DNA from: a virus
IMG/VR virus record: IMGVR_UViG_3300013308_000002
Coordinates: 1-64,000 of that record
Strand: one strand, 5' to 3'
DNA: 64,000 bases
Part shown: in pieces, positions 35,462 to 45,492 of the stretch
Numbering within the stretch: the first letter of the stretch is position 1
Layout of the letters: each line of letters opens with the position of its first letter
Made by a program: the position numbers and the translations under genes
Notes under the pieces: model-generated
What the model was told of the DNA's origin: nothing
Databases searched by the model: none
Seen by the model: only the letters and a program-made list of their open reading frames with translations

Positions 35462-36345
35462 TGCCACTTAACAGGCGGTTACTAAAAGTCACCTTGGCGA
35501 TGCCAGGTGGCGACGTCATCATTGACGAAAGTCTCCAGTTGAAAGTTCGTATTCACAAGGCCGCGCTGTCAACGCAAAACAGGGCGGCCATCGAAGTAAC
35601 CAACTTGAATACGCAACTTCGCGAGCAACTTCTGTCACAGTTCACCGCATGGAACAAGCGCCAAGTAGAGTCCGGACGCACCGCCCAGAACTGGCTTGAT
35701 GTCAAGATCGAGGCCGGGTATTATATTGGTTTGGATAAAAAGAATACACAGTCATCGGTCATATTCGTCGGGCAAGTCGCTTTAGTTGAGCCGACCTCTC
35801 CACCACCGAACATCGGCGTTCGTCTCACTTGTTACTCGCGTCAGATCGATAAGACGACTTTCATCACCGAAAGGGCGCCGTACAAAACGACATTCAAGAA
35901 GTACGTTGAGTGGGCTGCCGGTCAGATGGGCTTCGGAACATCGTTCATTTGCGACACGTCATACAACGACGTCGAGATTTTGAACCCGGCAAGGTCCATC
36001 CACACGGTAGCCGGCCTTCTGCCAGACATCCAAAGTTACTACCGGCCGGACGTCGCGGCGTTCGTCGATGACAACGTGTTGATAGTCAAAGACCGATCAG
36101 CAGTAATTAACAAGGACCAAGTATCGTTGCTGGATAGATTCATCGGAATCCCAGGCTGGACTGAATGGGGCGTAGAGTTCACCGTGATGTTCGATCCTAC
36201 AGTTAGGTTGGCGCAGGCGGTCTTCTTGATGTCAAAGATGAACCGAAGCTTGAATGGTGCCTATGTCATGATGGAAATCGAATACGACCTAACGAGTCGC
36301 GACAAAGCGTTTTATTTGAAAGGAGGCGGCAGCCCGCCGGCCTAA
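35461..36345 (+). CDS. baseplate/tail hub protein (candidate)
   Basis: Gene order. Confidence 0.45.
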   Translation: MPLNRRLLKVTLAMPGGDVIIDESLQLKVRIHKAALSTQNRAAIEVTNLNTQLREQLLSQFTAWNKRQVESGRTAQNWLDVKIEAGYYIGLDKKNTQSSVIFVGQVALVEPTSPPPNIGVRLTCYSRQIDKTTFITERAPYKTTFKKYVEWAAGQMGFGTSFICDTSYNDVEILNPARSIHTVAGLLPDIQSYYRPDVAAFVDDNVLIVKDRSAVINKDQVSLLDRFIGIPGWTEWGVEFTVMFDPTVRLAQAVFLMSKMNRSLNGAYVMMEIEYDLTSRDKAFYLKGGGSPPA

Positions 36346-36855
36346 ATGTCCAGAAAGTCAAGAGAGTTTTCAATGTTTGGCGTCGACTATAGGACGACTC
36401 AATTCTCAGCAAGTTCCGGTCTGGAAGTAATGGAGGAACTAAAAGAGATTCACCCATGCTTGATGCTTGCGCACACCGAAGTAAGCACCGATGATGGCTG
36501 GTTGCAACTTAGTTCAGGCCGCAATATAGATTTGCACGTGAAAGATGTGATCGGTATCATACCTCCGTCCAGAGTACTTTATGCTTTGACCGGGTTGGTT
36601 AATGAATTCAGCTTCGGGTTCTTAGATGGTTGGACAGGCATTCGCGTTCCTCCGCGCTTCTTGGCCGGTTTCAAATCTGTAAGTAGCGCGAACTCCCAGC
36701 CGTTAATATCCCAACTGGTCCAAGACGGAGTTGCTGACCTTCGTAGTCTTCAAGAATATTATTCCCTTGAGGATGCATTCAGGATGTTTGATATTGTAAT
36801 GGCAAAAGGCGTGAACGAAGCGCTAGCAAACGAGGCCGCATCCAAGGCCAAGTAA
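36346..36855 (+). CDS. baseplate protein (candidate)
   Basis: Gene order. Confidence 0.45.
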   Translation: MSRKSREFSMFGVDYRTTQFSASSGLEVMEELKEIHPCLMLAHTEVSTDDGWLQLSSGRNIDLHVKDVIGIIPPSRVLYALTGLVNEFSFGFLDGWTGIRVPPRFLAGFKSVSSANSQPLISQLVQDGVADLRSLQEYYSLEDAFRMFDIVMAKGVNEALANEAASKAK

Positions 36856-36921
36856 GCCTTTACTTGATAAACATCGCGCCGCTATAATAGTGCGATACAC
36901 TTAGCGACGCGGTACTCTCGC

Positions 36922-37641
36922 ATGGAAAAATTATATCCACTAACGGCAGCTGTCTCTTCTGATAAGAAGCGAATGCTGTCGGCCATGGATTTGATGATTC
37001 GCGGCAATGCACTTCGCACTGATGGCCTAATACCGGCAGAGGTCATGCAGTTTGATCGCGAGACTAACGTGGCGACTGTACGTCCGTTAATCATGTGGGT
37101 TGACGTTCAAGATCAGTCCATCCCTCGTGTCGAATTTGCTGAAATAAACGTACTGTCCCTAGGGGCTGGCGGATTTCACATAAGCTTTCCCCTCAAGCAA
37201 GGAGATATCGGTTGGATCATGGCCTCAGACCGTGACCTTTCTCAATTCAAGGCGACTTTGAAAGAGGCCAAGCCAAATTCCGGACGTTGCCAAAAATTTG
37301 AAGATGGCTGGTTCATACCTGATGTATTCCGTAACTATGCCATCAGCGCGGAAGATGCAGGCGCGATGGTTATTCAATCGACTGATTCTGCAACTCGCAT
37401 TTCCATTCGCGGCGATAACATCAAAATCACCTCCCCGGTCAAAGTCACCGTTGACACTCCGCTTACGGAGTTTACTGGTGACGTAAAGATCGATAAAAAA
37501 CTTCAAGTGGTCGATACGGTTACGATGAACAAAGATGCTGTCATCGCAATTGACGCGACGATTGCCGGAATCAGCGTTAAAGGCCACGGTCACACTTCTT
37601 CTGCACCAGGCACCAGAACTTCAGGCGGGATGCTTACATGA
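36922..37641 (+). CDS. baseplate spike / gpV-like protein (candidate)
   Basis: Gene order and beta-rich sequence. Confidence 0.45.
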   Translation: MEKLYPLTAAVSSDKKRMLSAMDLMIRGNALRTDGLIPAEVMQFDRETNVATVRPLIMWVDVQDQSIPRVEFAEINVLSLGAGGFHISFPLKQGDIGWIMASDRDLSQFKATLKEAKPNSGRCQKFEDGWFIPDVFRNYAISAEDAGAMVIQSTDSATRISIRGDNIKITSPVKVTVDTPLTEFTGDVKIDKKLQVVDTVTMNKDAVIAIDATIAGISVKGHGHTSSAPGTRTSGGMLT

Positions 37642-38897
37642 CAGCAAAATACGTTTACATCACCGACACCGGCATCCTGAATGCCGACACCTTGGACGTA
37701 AAGACCGACGTGGAAGAGGAATGGAAAGGCGCTCTTGGCCAGAACCTGAACGTCGCCGCGAGTACGGCACAAGGGACTCTGATTGCCAATGAAACATTGG
37801 CACGCACCGGTGTTATGAAGAACAATGCCGAGTTAGCTAACGTAATTAACCCGAACTATGCGTACGGTCCGTTCTTGGATGCCACTTGCGCCTTTCTCGG
37901 CATTGAGCGCGGGAAGGACCAATCTACAGTAGCGACTGGCGTCAAAATTCTCGGAAACTCACAGACTGCCATTCAGAAAGGTTCACGAGTACAGACGCCA
38001 AATGGCGACATATTCCAGTTGACGGATGACGTCATCATCCCGATTGGCGGCGTCATAATGACGTCGCTCAAGTCAGAACAATTCGGTGATGTAGCGTTGC
38101 CGATTGGCTCGCTAAAAATCATTGATGGATCGATTGGCTGGGGCTCGATTCTAGTCGAGGTCGGCACGTCAGTATTCCCTGGGTTTCGCGCCCTTCAAGA
38201 TCCGAGTCTAAAAAACTCGCGAAACAACCAACTCGCCATCCAAGGGCGCGGCAGCTCCGAGGCCATCAAATCCTTGGTCAGTGCCGTGCCCAACGTAACA
38301 TCGGTTAGCGTGGTTGAGAACAATACCGGCGCTGCCGGCGTGGTCAACGGCGTAACGTTCACCCTGCCAAATGCCGTGTGGGTCTGCGTGGCCGGAAACC
38401 CAAACCCGGCAGACCTTGCCGCTGCACTCTATCAGGCTCACCAGTCCAGCTGTCCTTGGGATTTTGGCGATGTCGGGCAAGGTGTGAAGGTGGATTCGCC
38501 GTTAGGAACTGCCGTCAACGATCCGTCCACTGGGCTTCCGTACCGGGTCAAGTCCACGACGCCAATCAAATACGACACCTATGTCAAGGCCAACGTCAGC
38601 CAAGGCTCTAGCGCGACATCGCCGGTAGAAGCAGTTCAAAACGCAATCATTCAATATGCATCCGGCAAAACCGCAGGAGAGCAAGGATTTGTAGTTGGTG
38701 CGAGCATTTCCGCATTTGAGCTCGGCGGCGCGGTGTCACGAAGCCTGCCAGGCCTTTACATCAAGAGCGTGTCAGTTGCCGTGGTGTTGGCCGGGGCAGC
38801 CGCGCCCGCGCCCGGAGCCTACTCGACAGAGGCCATTCTGAAGCCGTTTGAGCAAGCCCAAATTTCCATCGGTAACATCCAGGTGAACTTGGTATGA
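37638..38897 (+). CDS. baseplate J-like protein (candidate)
   Basis: 419 aa. Start overlaps the stop of the preceding gene. Confidence 0.5.
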   Translation: MTAKYVYITDTGILNADTLDVKTDVEEEWKGALGQNLNVAASTAQGTLIANETLARTGVMKNNAELANVINPNYAYGPFLDATCAFLGIERGKDQSTVATGVKILGNSQTAIQKGSRVQTPNGDIFQLTDDVIIPIGGVIMTSLKSEQFGDVALPIGSLKIIDGSIGWGSILVEVGTSVFPGFRALQDPSLKNSRNNQLAIQGRGSSEAIKSLVSAVPNVTSVSVVENNTGAAGVVNGVTFTLPNAVWVCVAGNPNPADLAAALYQAHQSSCPWDFGDVGQGVKVDSPLGTAVNDPSTGLPYRVKSTTPIKYDTYVKANVSQGSSATSPVEAVQNAIIQYASGKTAGEQGFVVGASISAFELGGAVSRSLPGLYIKSVSVAVVLAGAAAPAPGAYSTEAILKPFEQAQISIGNIQVNLV

Positions 38898-39571
38898 TGA
38901 CGCCATTCAACGGTAATCAGGAGCAGGCTTTAAAGTGGCTTCAGAGCCAAGCGCCTGGCATACAACAGCTAGTTAAATCCAAGGCCGCTTGGTACGATCA
39001 ATTCCAGAGGCAATTTTGGGATGATTGGAAAGTAAACGTATTTGACATTCGCACAGCCAACTCTTTTGGCTTGATGATTTGGTGCATAATCTTAGGAGTT
39101 CCGGCGGGCGGTTTTGGTCTTTATCCAACTTCGCAGGCTTGGGCTTACGGGCCAAACAGACAGAACTTCGTATATAGCGGCGCCGACCCAAGCATCCCAG
39201 TTGGAAATCGATCAACTGGCGGCAACTTCTTCGGAGGTGGAAGCTCAGAGATCCTGGACATTAATGAGATCCGTAATACTTTGCGACTTCGATATGTCGC
39301 AATTGTGAACAACGGAAGCGTAGCGTTCATCAACAAGATGTTGCGTTACATATTCAATGACGATGAGCCCTGGGACTTTCCTGGAGGTCGCTACTTTTAC
39401 TTGGCGGATTGTACTTGCGAGCATGGCACGGCATTGCCAGCATTCCAGATGGAATATCGAATTGGGCCTGCAATGAACTTATCGCCGCAACTTGTAAACC
39501 TATACAATGATCCTAAGATGGGTATTGTGCCTTCATCTGCAGGAAGTAAAGTGACTGTCATCCAGGAGTGA
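38894..39571 (+). CDS. baseplate wedge / tail protein (candidate)
   Basis: Gene order. Confidence 0.45.
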   Translation: MMTPFNGNQEQALKWLQSQAPGIQQLVKSKAAWYDQFQRQFWDDWKVNVFDIRTANSFGLMIWCIILGVPAGGFGLYPTSQAWAYGPNRQNFVYSGADPSIPVGNRSTGGNFFGGGSSEILDINEIRNTLRLRYVAIVNNGSVAFINKMLRYIFNDDEPWDFPGGRYFYLADCTCEHGTALPAFQMEYRIGPAMNLSPQLVNLYNDPKMGIVPSSAGSKVTVIQE

Positions 39572-39575
39572 ATGA

Positions 39576-41360
39576 ATGATTACCCCAGATTTGATTATCA
39601 AGCCTTTCGCCGATAGTGCATCAGGCCCGAACATCCAAACCCCTCCGCAGACATCTCCGACGGGGTTTGTCAACTTCACGGATGGATATACCAGCTCGTA
39701 CGAAATTGCCTTGGCATCCGGCAACCCTCAAGCAAAGGCGGTTGAGCGCCCTGTCCAGAACTATCTGTTCAATGCCCTGTCCAAGAATGCCAATGCGTGG
39801 CAAGCCCAAGGGATTCCGCCGTGGTACTCCGGTATGATTGGCGGGTACATCAAAAACGCCCAAGTCCTTCGTGTGAACGGAGCCAACACGTTCATCTATC
39901 GATCACTTGCTGACGGTAACGTCGCAGACCCAGTAGGCAACCCGACGTTGTGGGAGTATGTACCTACTGCTGCCGAGGCCCTTAAGAACGTCCCTATGCC
40001 ATCCGGCGGGCCTGGCGGGCCAACTGCCGCAGTCATATCCTTGCCAATCGACTTCAATTTGATTCTTAGCGGAACTTTTGAAGTCAAGACGGCTGCGATT
40101 CTTGCTGCATCTGCAAATTCACCGGACTCTCCTTATGGGGTGAATTTCGGCCAGGGCATGCTGGAGGCAATCACCTGGGATACCGGCGCCGGGAACATGA
40201 CCGTCCAGCGATTCACCGATGCATCAGGCGCTACGTCAGTCCGGTCCGGGTTGAATGGCACATTCACGGTTTGGTTGTATAGCGCGTCGTATGTCGATAT
40301 TCAAAGTGCAGAGTCCATTTCCGCCAACATGGCAGGCGGGCCAATTACGTATACGGCCACGCTATCTCCTAATCCTGGTGCTTTGTTCATGGGAATGGAA
40401 GTTCGTTTGCTGGTAAACGCAACCAGCGGCCTGAACCCAACGCTGAACTTGAATGGCCTTGGCGCCAAGCCAATCGTGGGCGGCGCGAACCTTGGGTTGA
40501 AAGCCGGGGAGTTGACGGCAGGCCGAATGGTCTCTTTAATCTACTCGTTGACGAGTGGCGGCCGCTGGTGCGTATCTGGGCAATCCGCAGGCCCTATCCA
40601 AATCGATGCAGCAACAGCATTGAACCACTCGGCCCAAGTGGACCAAGTGCAGCACGACTCGTACAACTACGCGCCGGACACCAACTCTGGCTCCGCAGCT
40701 AACCAATATGGGGCCGTATACGTCCCGGCGGTCGCGACGATAACGCCTGGCTTGACACTTCGATTCTCTGCGCAGACAACCAACACGGCCGCAGCGACCT
40801 TCGGGCCGAATGGCATTGCAGTAAAGCAGATCCTTGACTTGAACCACGCGCCACTTCTGCCTGGCGCCATCATTGCAGGCGGCGTTTGCCAGGTCATATT
40901 CTCGGTTCCGTTGGATGCGTGGATTTTGCAATACTCAACAGGCGTTGCTGCCGTTGCGCAAGCCACCGAAACCAAGTTGGGATTGGCAGAACTTGCGACT
41001 CAAGCCGAAACTGACGCAGGCGTCGATGACCTTCGTATCGTCACGCCGAAAAAGCTTCGGTGGGGCGTTCGATTCTCGGCAGGGATAAATGGATACTTGG
41101 CGCTGCCATCGTGGATGGGTGGATTCATTCTGCAATGGGGGACCACGCCGAATATATCTGCCGGCGGTAACTTACAGGTTGGTATGAATACTCCATTCCT
41201 CGTAAGTAGTCTTTGTGCCGTTTGCATGGCGCAGTATTCAAGCTCACCGAACTCTGGATATATGATTTCCATCTACGGGCGAACGCTTACATACATGCTT
41301 TTCTATAACTCTAACACTGCCGTGGCCAACTCTGCCACTTGGTTCGCGATAGGCGTCTGA
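39576..41360 (+). CDS. tail fibre protein
   Basis: 594 aa. Gly/Ala/Ser/Thr-rich beta repeats. Last structural gene before lysis. Confidence 0.6.
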   Translation: MITPDLIIKPFADSASGPNIQTPPQTSPTGFVNFTDGYTSSYEIALASGNPQAKAVERPVQNYLFNALSKNANAWQAQGIPPWYSGMIGGYIKNAQVLRVNGANTFIYRSLADGNVADPVGNPTLWEYVPTAAEALKNVPMPSGGPGGPTAAVISLPIDFNLILSGTFEVKTAAILAASANSPDSPYGVNFGQGMLEAITWDTGAGNMTVQRFTDASGATSVRSGLNGTFTVWLYSASYVDIQSAESISANMAGGPITYTATLSPNPGALFMGMEVRLLVNATSGLNPTLNLNGLGAKPIVGGANLGLKAGELTAGRMVSLIYSLTSGGRWCVSGQSAGPIQIDAATALNHSAQVDQVQHDSYNYAPDTNSGSAANQYGAVYVPAVATITPGLTLRFSAQTTNTAAATFGPNGIAVKQILDLNHAPLLPGAIIAGGVCQVIFSVPLDAWILQYSTGVAAVAQATETKLGLAELATQAETDAGVDDLRIVTPKKLRWGVRFSAGINGYLALPSWMGGFILQWGTTPNISAGGNLQVGMNTPFLVSSLCAVCMAQYSSSPNSGYMISIYGRTLTYMLFYNSNTAVANSATWFAIGV

Positions 41361-41362
41361 GA

Positions 41363-42022
41363 ATGAAAATTACCAAAGAAGTTTTGATTTTGGGGTCCGG
41401 TTGCTCTCCTTTGGCAGCAACCAAGTGGCTAATGCCAATCCAAGCGGCCATGGACCAATTCGCCATCAACCGTCCAAGTCGTATCGCGGCCTTCCTTGCG
41501 AACGTCGGCGTTGAGTCTGGCGGTTTGACGGCTACCGTCGAGAACTTGAATTATAGCGCTGAGACCATGGCAAAGGTGTGGCCTGGGCGTTACGCGACGA
41601 ATCCCAAGGCAAAGTATGCCGACCGTCTTCCAAACGCCCTAGCGATGTCTCTCAACCGCAAGCCGGAGTTGATCGCCAACGAGACGTACTGCGACCGCAA
41701 CGGCAACGGACCGAAGGAAAGTGGCGACGGCTGGAAGTACATCGGTCGCGGCCTTATCCAGATAACCGGGCGCTCTAAATACTCGGCGTTCTCAAAGGCA
41801 GTCGGGATTGACGTCATAAGCTCGCCTGAGAGAGTGGAAGAGTTGGCCTTGGCCGCGCAGTCGGCTGCGTGGTTCTTCTCGTCAAATGGCTGCAATGAAA
41901 TGGCAGACCGCAACGAGATTAGCCGGATTATCCAGACCATTAACGGTGCACTTCCTGGCGAGGCCAATCACGGAACTCTCCGTATCACTCGATACAACTC
42001 GACCAGACGAGCCCTAATCTAG
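41363..42022 (+). CDS. endolysin, glycoside hydrolase family 19
   Basis: Motifs FLANVGVESGG ... YIGRGLIQITGRSKY. Confidence 0.8.
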   Translation: MKITKEVLILGSGCSPLAATKWLMPIQAAMDQFAINRPSRIAAFLANVGVESGGLTATVENLNYSAETMAKVWPGRYATNPKAKYADRLPNALAMSLNRKPELIANETYCDRNGNGPKESGDGWKYIGRGLIQITGRSKYSAFSKAVGIDVISSPERVEELALAAQSAAWFFSSNGCNEMADRNEISRIIQTINGALPGEANHGTLRITRYNSTRRALI

Positions 42023-42036
42023 TCAAACCGCAGACA

Positions 42037-42069
42037 ATAAAAAGCCCTCTTGATTGAGGGCTTTTTATT
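42037..42069. terminator. bidirectional rho-independent terminator
   Basis: AATAAAAAGCCCTCTTGATTGAGGGCTTTTTATTA. Perfect stem with an A-run and a T-run. Confidence 0.75.
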
Positions 42070-42343
42070 ACTTCGCTTCCGGGAATTCAACTTTGTTGTC
42101 TGTTTCAACTTTTGTCGTGTTACTTCCAGGCTCAAACTTCAACGTCGGGAACTCACGCGGGGTATAAACGAACGGATCAACAACTTCAGGCTCAGCAGGC
42201 CCTTCCATTGCGGTGTAACTGCCAACCGAAGCAATTACGCCGATCAGAACTGCCCGCAACAACTTGTCCTTCACCGACTCGCCAATGACTCTGACGAGTA
42301 AAGCAAGAAGTTCATCCAGCAACTTCTTATCAGTCCGACTCAT
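42068..42343 (-). CDS. membrane protein (holin/spanin candidate)
   Basis: Internal ATG with GGAGG SD. TM segment LLRAVLIGVIASVGSY. Convergent with the endolysin gene. Confidence 0.4.
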   Translation of the reverse strand: MSRTDKKLLDELLALLVRVIGESVKDKLLRAVLIGVIASVGSYTAMEGPAEPEVVDPFVYTPREFPTLKFEPGSNTTKVETDNKVEFPEAK

Positions 42344-42484
42344 CGGACCTCCACGCGGCCGTCTAAAGCTCATATGTCACCTATATTTATAATCTGGATA
42401 TCCTGGTTGGTTAATGGAAGTTTGCGGCTAGTAGCCCATCGCTATTATAGCCGGCTTAGACAGCCGCGTCCCACATAAATTCCG

Positions 42485-42516
42485 TACAAAGTAAAGGCCC
42501 GTGGATGGGCCTTTAA
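42485..42516 (-). terminator. rho-independent terminator
   Basis: Stem GGCCC-ATCCAC-GGGCC followed by TTTACTTTGT on the minus strand. Confidence 0.55.
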
Positions 42517-42530
42517 CGTACACCGTACAG

Positions 42531-42803
42531 CTACTTTCGGATTGGACTGTCGAGCGGTTGCCCGTGCGAATCCACGATGGCATGTTCGTTTCCTGGGACG
42601 TCCGGAGTCGCGGCTAGCAATCCGACCGCCACAGCCCACCAGTACCAAGCCATGTTCAGAACCAGCCTATCACCGTAGCCTTCGTGGTCCCGCAGAGCCC
42701 GAATACGAGCAGGAGACGTCCCAAGCCGTGCCGCGAACGAAGCCTCAAAGCGTAGGCGTTCATCCTCGATCAAATCAGCACGACTCGGAGCGCCGAACAT
42801 CAC
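42531..42803 (-). CDS. hypothetical protein (90 aa)
   Basis: Contains a hydrophobic segment. Confidence 0.45.
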   Translation of the reverse strand: MMFGAPSRADLIEDERLRFEASFAARLGTSPARIRALRDHEGYGDRLVLNMAWYWWAVAVGLLAATPDVPGNEHAIVDSHGQPLDSPIRK

Positions 42804-42882
42804 CCGAAAATCAACCAGAGGACAAAGCCAACGAAAATCATAGTGGCGACTTTATGCAAAAGCTTCGCGGTATTCTCGTCCA

Positions 42883-43815
42883 TCATTCACCTTCCGTTTT
42901 ATCAAAGCGCGTACGAGCATAGCGCGGCTCGCGCAACAGACCGTTTGTGGACTCGCCCAGGGCGTGCACTTCGATGATGGAGCCAACACCGCCGTCCGCT
43001 TGGGTAGGATTTGCCCAGATTGCCTTGCGTTGTTTATCGGTCAACTTGCCGCCACCTACCAGCTGAGGCTTGCCGTTATAGGTGCACTCGTACGCGCCGA
43101 GCATGCCAACAAACTTGCCTTTGCCTTCTACCAGCCCTTCAACCTTTAGGTCGACGCTGAGGATGTCTTTGTCCTTCAGGATGGTGCCGCAAGAGCCAGC
43201 GCCTGCCGTCCAGAAGCCGGTTCGGGATTTACGCATGAAGCCGTCGATGGCAAATATCTCGCCATGTTCATCCTGGCGCTCAGCCACGTAGGCGACGCAC
43301 TCGGCCTTGGTACGGGCAGCGAAGGCCTTATCAAATAGATGGCCATAGCCGAACGTCTTAAGGGCGAATACGGTATCGGCAACGCGTTGGGCGCGAACGT
43401 CATAGGTCGAATAATTCACGCCTTTCATGAATGCCTCAAGAGGTACGTGGTCGAAAACGATGGCCTTGAGGGTATACGGCTCACCTTCTTTATGGCCACG
43501 GCGGAAGTCGCCATTCATGACGCTGTGGATGGAGGTCGGATTCCAACCTTCCACAAACAGAACGAAGTTGTCTGCGGCAACGGCTTCCATCGCACGAAGT
43601 TGACGATCCATCGCGCCTGCAATCGGCTCGCCCTGGCGCGAGAACCCGTAAGCCTTACCAGCGGCCTTTACCAGAATGCCATGGCAACCGTCATACTTTA
43701 CTTCCCAGACGTCATCGAGACGTTCGGCAACTGCCGCTGTGACAGAAGCCGAAAGATTGCGCGGCTCGATTGCTTTGTGAACTAGATTTTTGCGAACTGG
43801 AAGCGAAAAAGACAT
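42883..43815 (-). CDS. ATP-dependent DNA ligase
   Basis: Motif I KYDGCHG (KxDG). Size is typical of T7-type ligases. Confidence 0.75.
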   Translation of the reverse strand: MSFSLPVRKNLVHKAIEPRNLSASVTAAVAERLDDVWEVKYDGCHGILVKAAGKAYGFSRQGEPIAGAMDRQLRAMEAVAADNFVLFVEGWNPTSIHSVMNGDFRRGHKEGEPYTLKAIVFDHVPLEAFMKGVNYSTYDVRAQRVADTVFALKTFGYGHLFDKAFAARTKAECVAYVAERQDEHGEIFAIDGFMRKSRTGFWTAGAGSCGTILKDKDILSVDLKVEGLVEGKGKFVGMLGAYECTYNGKPQLVGGGKLTDKQRKAIWANPTQADGGVGSIIEVHALGESTNGLLREPRYARTRFDKTEGE

Positions 43816-43881
43816 TCTGACATCCCTTATTTCTGGGTAAAGAAAAGCCCGAACGAATCGGGCTAGTCGGTAAGGTTGATA

Positions 43882-44463
43882 TTACTCGCTCTTTTGAGCG
43901 CCGTCTACCAGAATTTGACGCTCGACATCCAAATTGCGATTATTGGCGTTGAATGCCGTGAAGCCATTCGGGAATCGCGCTTTGAGTTTGTCGATGTTGA
44001 CCGTTTGCACGTCTTCGAACGTCTTGCCGGCTACGCGGAGCACCGCAGCGTCATACCACAAGCCGTCGCCGACTTCTTCCAGGATGTTAGGCAGATCCAG
44101 CTCGGTGCCGTTATCGAGGGCGTTGAGGATAGCTTCCAACTTCTCACCGGCTTCGGTTGCGCCGCCGATGAGGCCGTGGATCAGACGTCGACCGTCAACC
44201 ATCTTCATGCCAGGAGGCGTCAGGGTGAAGTCGATGTTTTCTATGGTAGGACCAGAGCCAGGTTCGATTTCGCGGCCGTAGAAAAGGGCCTTTTTGATCC
44301 GGTCCAACTCTTCCAGAGCACGAACTGCTTTGTGCAGGACCAGGATGAAATGGGACTTCGCGATGTTCGCGCCGTGCCATTGGTCGGACATCGTGACGTT
44401 GGCGAGTTCGATGTAGGTTGGCGCGGCGCGACCTTCGGTTACTTCCGGGTTCAAATCAGACAC
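43882..44463 (-). CDS. MazG-like nucleoside triphosphate pyrophosphohydrolase
   Basis: Motif LEEVGDGLWY is of the EExGDxLW type. Confidence 0.5.
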   Translation of the reverse strand: MSDLNPEVTEGRAAPTYIELANVTMSDQWHGANIAKSHFILVLHKAVRALEELDRIKKALFYGREIEPGSGPTIENIDFTLTPPGMKMVDGRRLIHGLIGGATEAGEKLEAILNALDNGTELDLPNILEEVGDGLWYDAAVLRVAGKTFEDVQTVNIDKLKARFPNGFTAFNANNRNLDVERQILVDGAQKSE

Positions 44464-44514
44464 GGTTAATTCCTTGGAAAGAGGCCCGTAGGCCTCAGTT
44501 AACGGGATGGTTGA

Positions 44515-45417
44515 TTAGAAGCCTTCAGCGTCCTGCGGCTTGCTGCCGTCGCCACCGGATTGGTCGCCCTGGGCGCTCGCAGCATCGGCCTTCGCGTAAT
44601 CGGCCTTGACTTCGCCACCGACAACTTGCGTGAAGAACTCTTTGGCTTCTTTGTAGAGGTCCGCTGTTTGAACGGTGCCAGTCAGTTCGAAGTCGACGCC
44701 AGACCACGAGCCGCTGTCGTTCGAACGGCCGGACGACGTAACCTTGACGATGTTCGCGAAGGTTGGCGGCGTGCGCATGCCTTGCGGAGTTTTGACCTTT
44801 TTCTGCTGGAGAGCGGTCATCAACTTTTTGGACGACTTGATCTGGGATGAAGCCAGAGACAAGATGGCGCGGCCATACTCGCCAGTTTCGCGGTCCAGAA
44901 CGATCACGAAGTGCGAACGGGTGTCAGAGTAGTAATCGTTTTTCTTCTCGACAATCGAGCCATCTTCGTTCGGGACGTAGGCCTTCCCTTCCAGGACTTT
45001 GACCTTGTTTTCGTCTTCGCTCAGAGTCATGAACTCTTCAACGGTGAATTCGCCCTTGTAGCCGCCATCTCCTTCACGACCGCCCCACAGAATGAACGAG
45101 CGTTTGTAAGCGCACGGGATGATGTCCAGACCTGACTTGCCGTCAAAGAGCTTGCCGGTCACGGTGTTGTAGAACATGCCGGCTTTCGCGCCTTGGATGT
45201 ACTCGGCATGGTCTTCGTCGACCTTTGGAGACATCTTTTGGAGCAGTTGCAGGAACGGAATTGCAAAGGAGTCTTTATCAGCACCTTCAAAGCCCGAACC
45301 AAAGTCGCCCATATCCATGAAGCCCATATCCACTTCAGTGGACACGCCGGTGTTGGTGGCGCCTACAACCAGCTCTTTGGATTCTTCAGCGACGGCATCT
45401 TTAGCTTTGGTAGTCAT
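44515..45417 (-). CDS. hypothetical protein; possible ssDNA-binding protein
   Basis: Acidic, Gly-rich C-terminal tail ending in ...DAEGF with a terminal Phe, as in T7 gp2.5-type SSBs. Located in the replication module. Confidence 0.4.
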   Translation of the reverse strand: MTTKAKDAVAEESKELVVGATNTGVSTEVDMGFMDMGDFGSGFEGADKDSFAIPFLQLLQKMSPKVDEDHAEYIQGAKAGMFYNTVTGKLFDGKSGLDIIPCAYKRSFILWGGREGDGGYKGEFTVEEFMTLSEDENKVKVLEGKAYVPNEDGSIVEKKNDYYSDTRSHFVIVLDRETGEYGRAILSLASSQIKSSKKLMTALQQKKVKTPQGMRTPPTFANIVKVTSSGRSNDSGSWSGVDFELTGTVQTADLYKEAKEFFTQVVGGEVKADYAKADAASAQGDQSGGDGSKPQDAEGF

Positions 45418-45492
45418 GTTCTATTCTCTCTGTTAAGTTCAGTTGTTCTTCAACTGTGGGAGGATGATAAAGCGTTGATTATGAAAAGTAAA

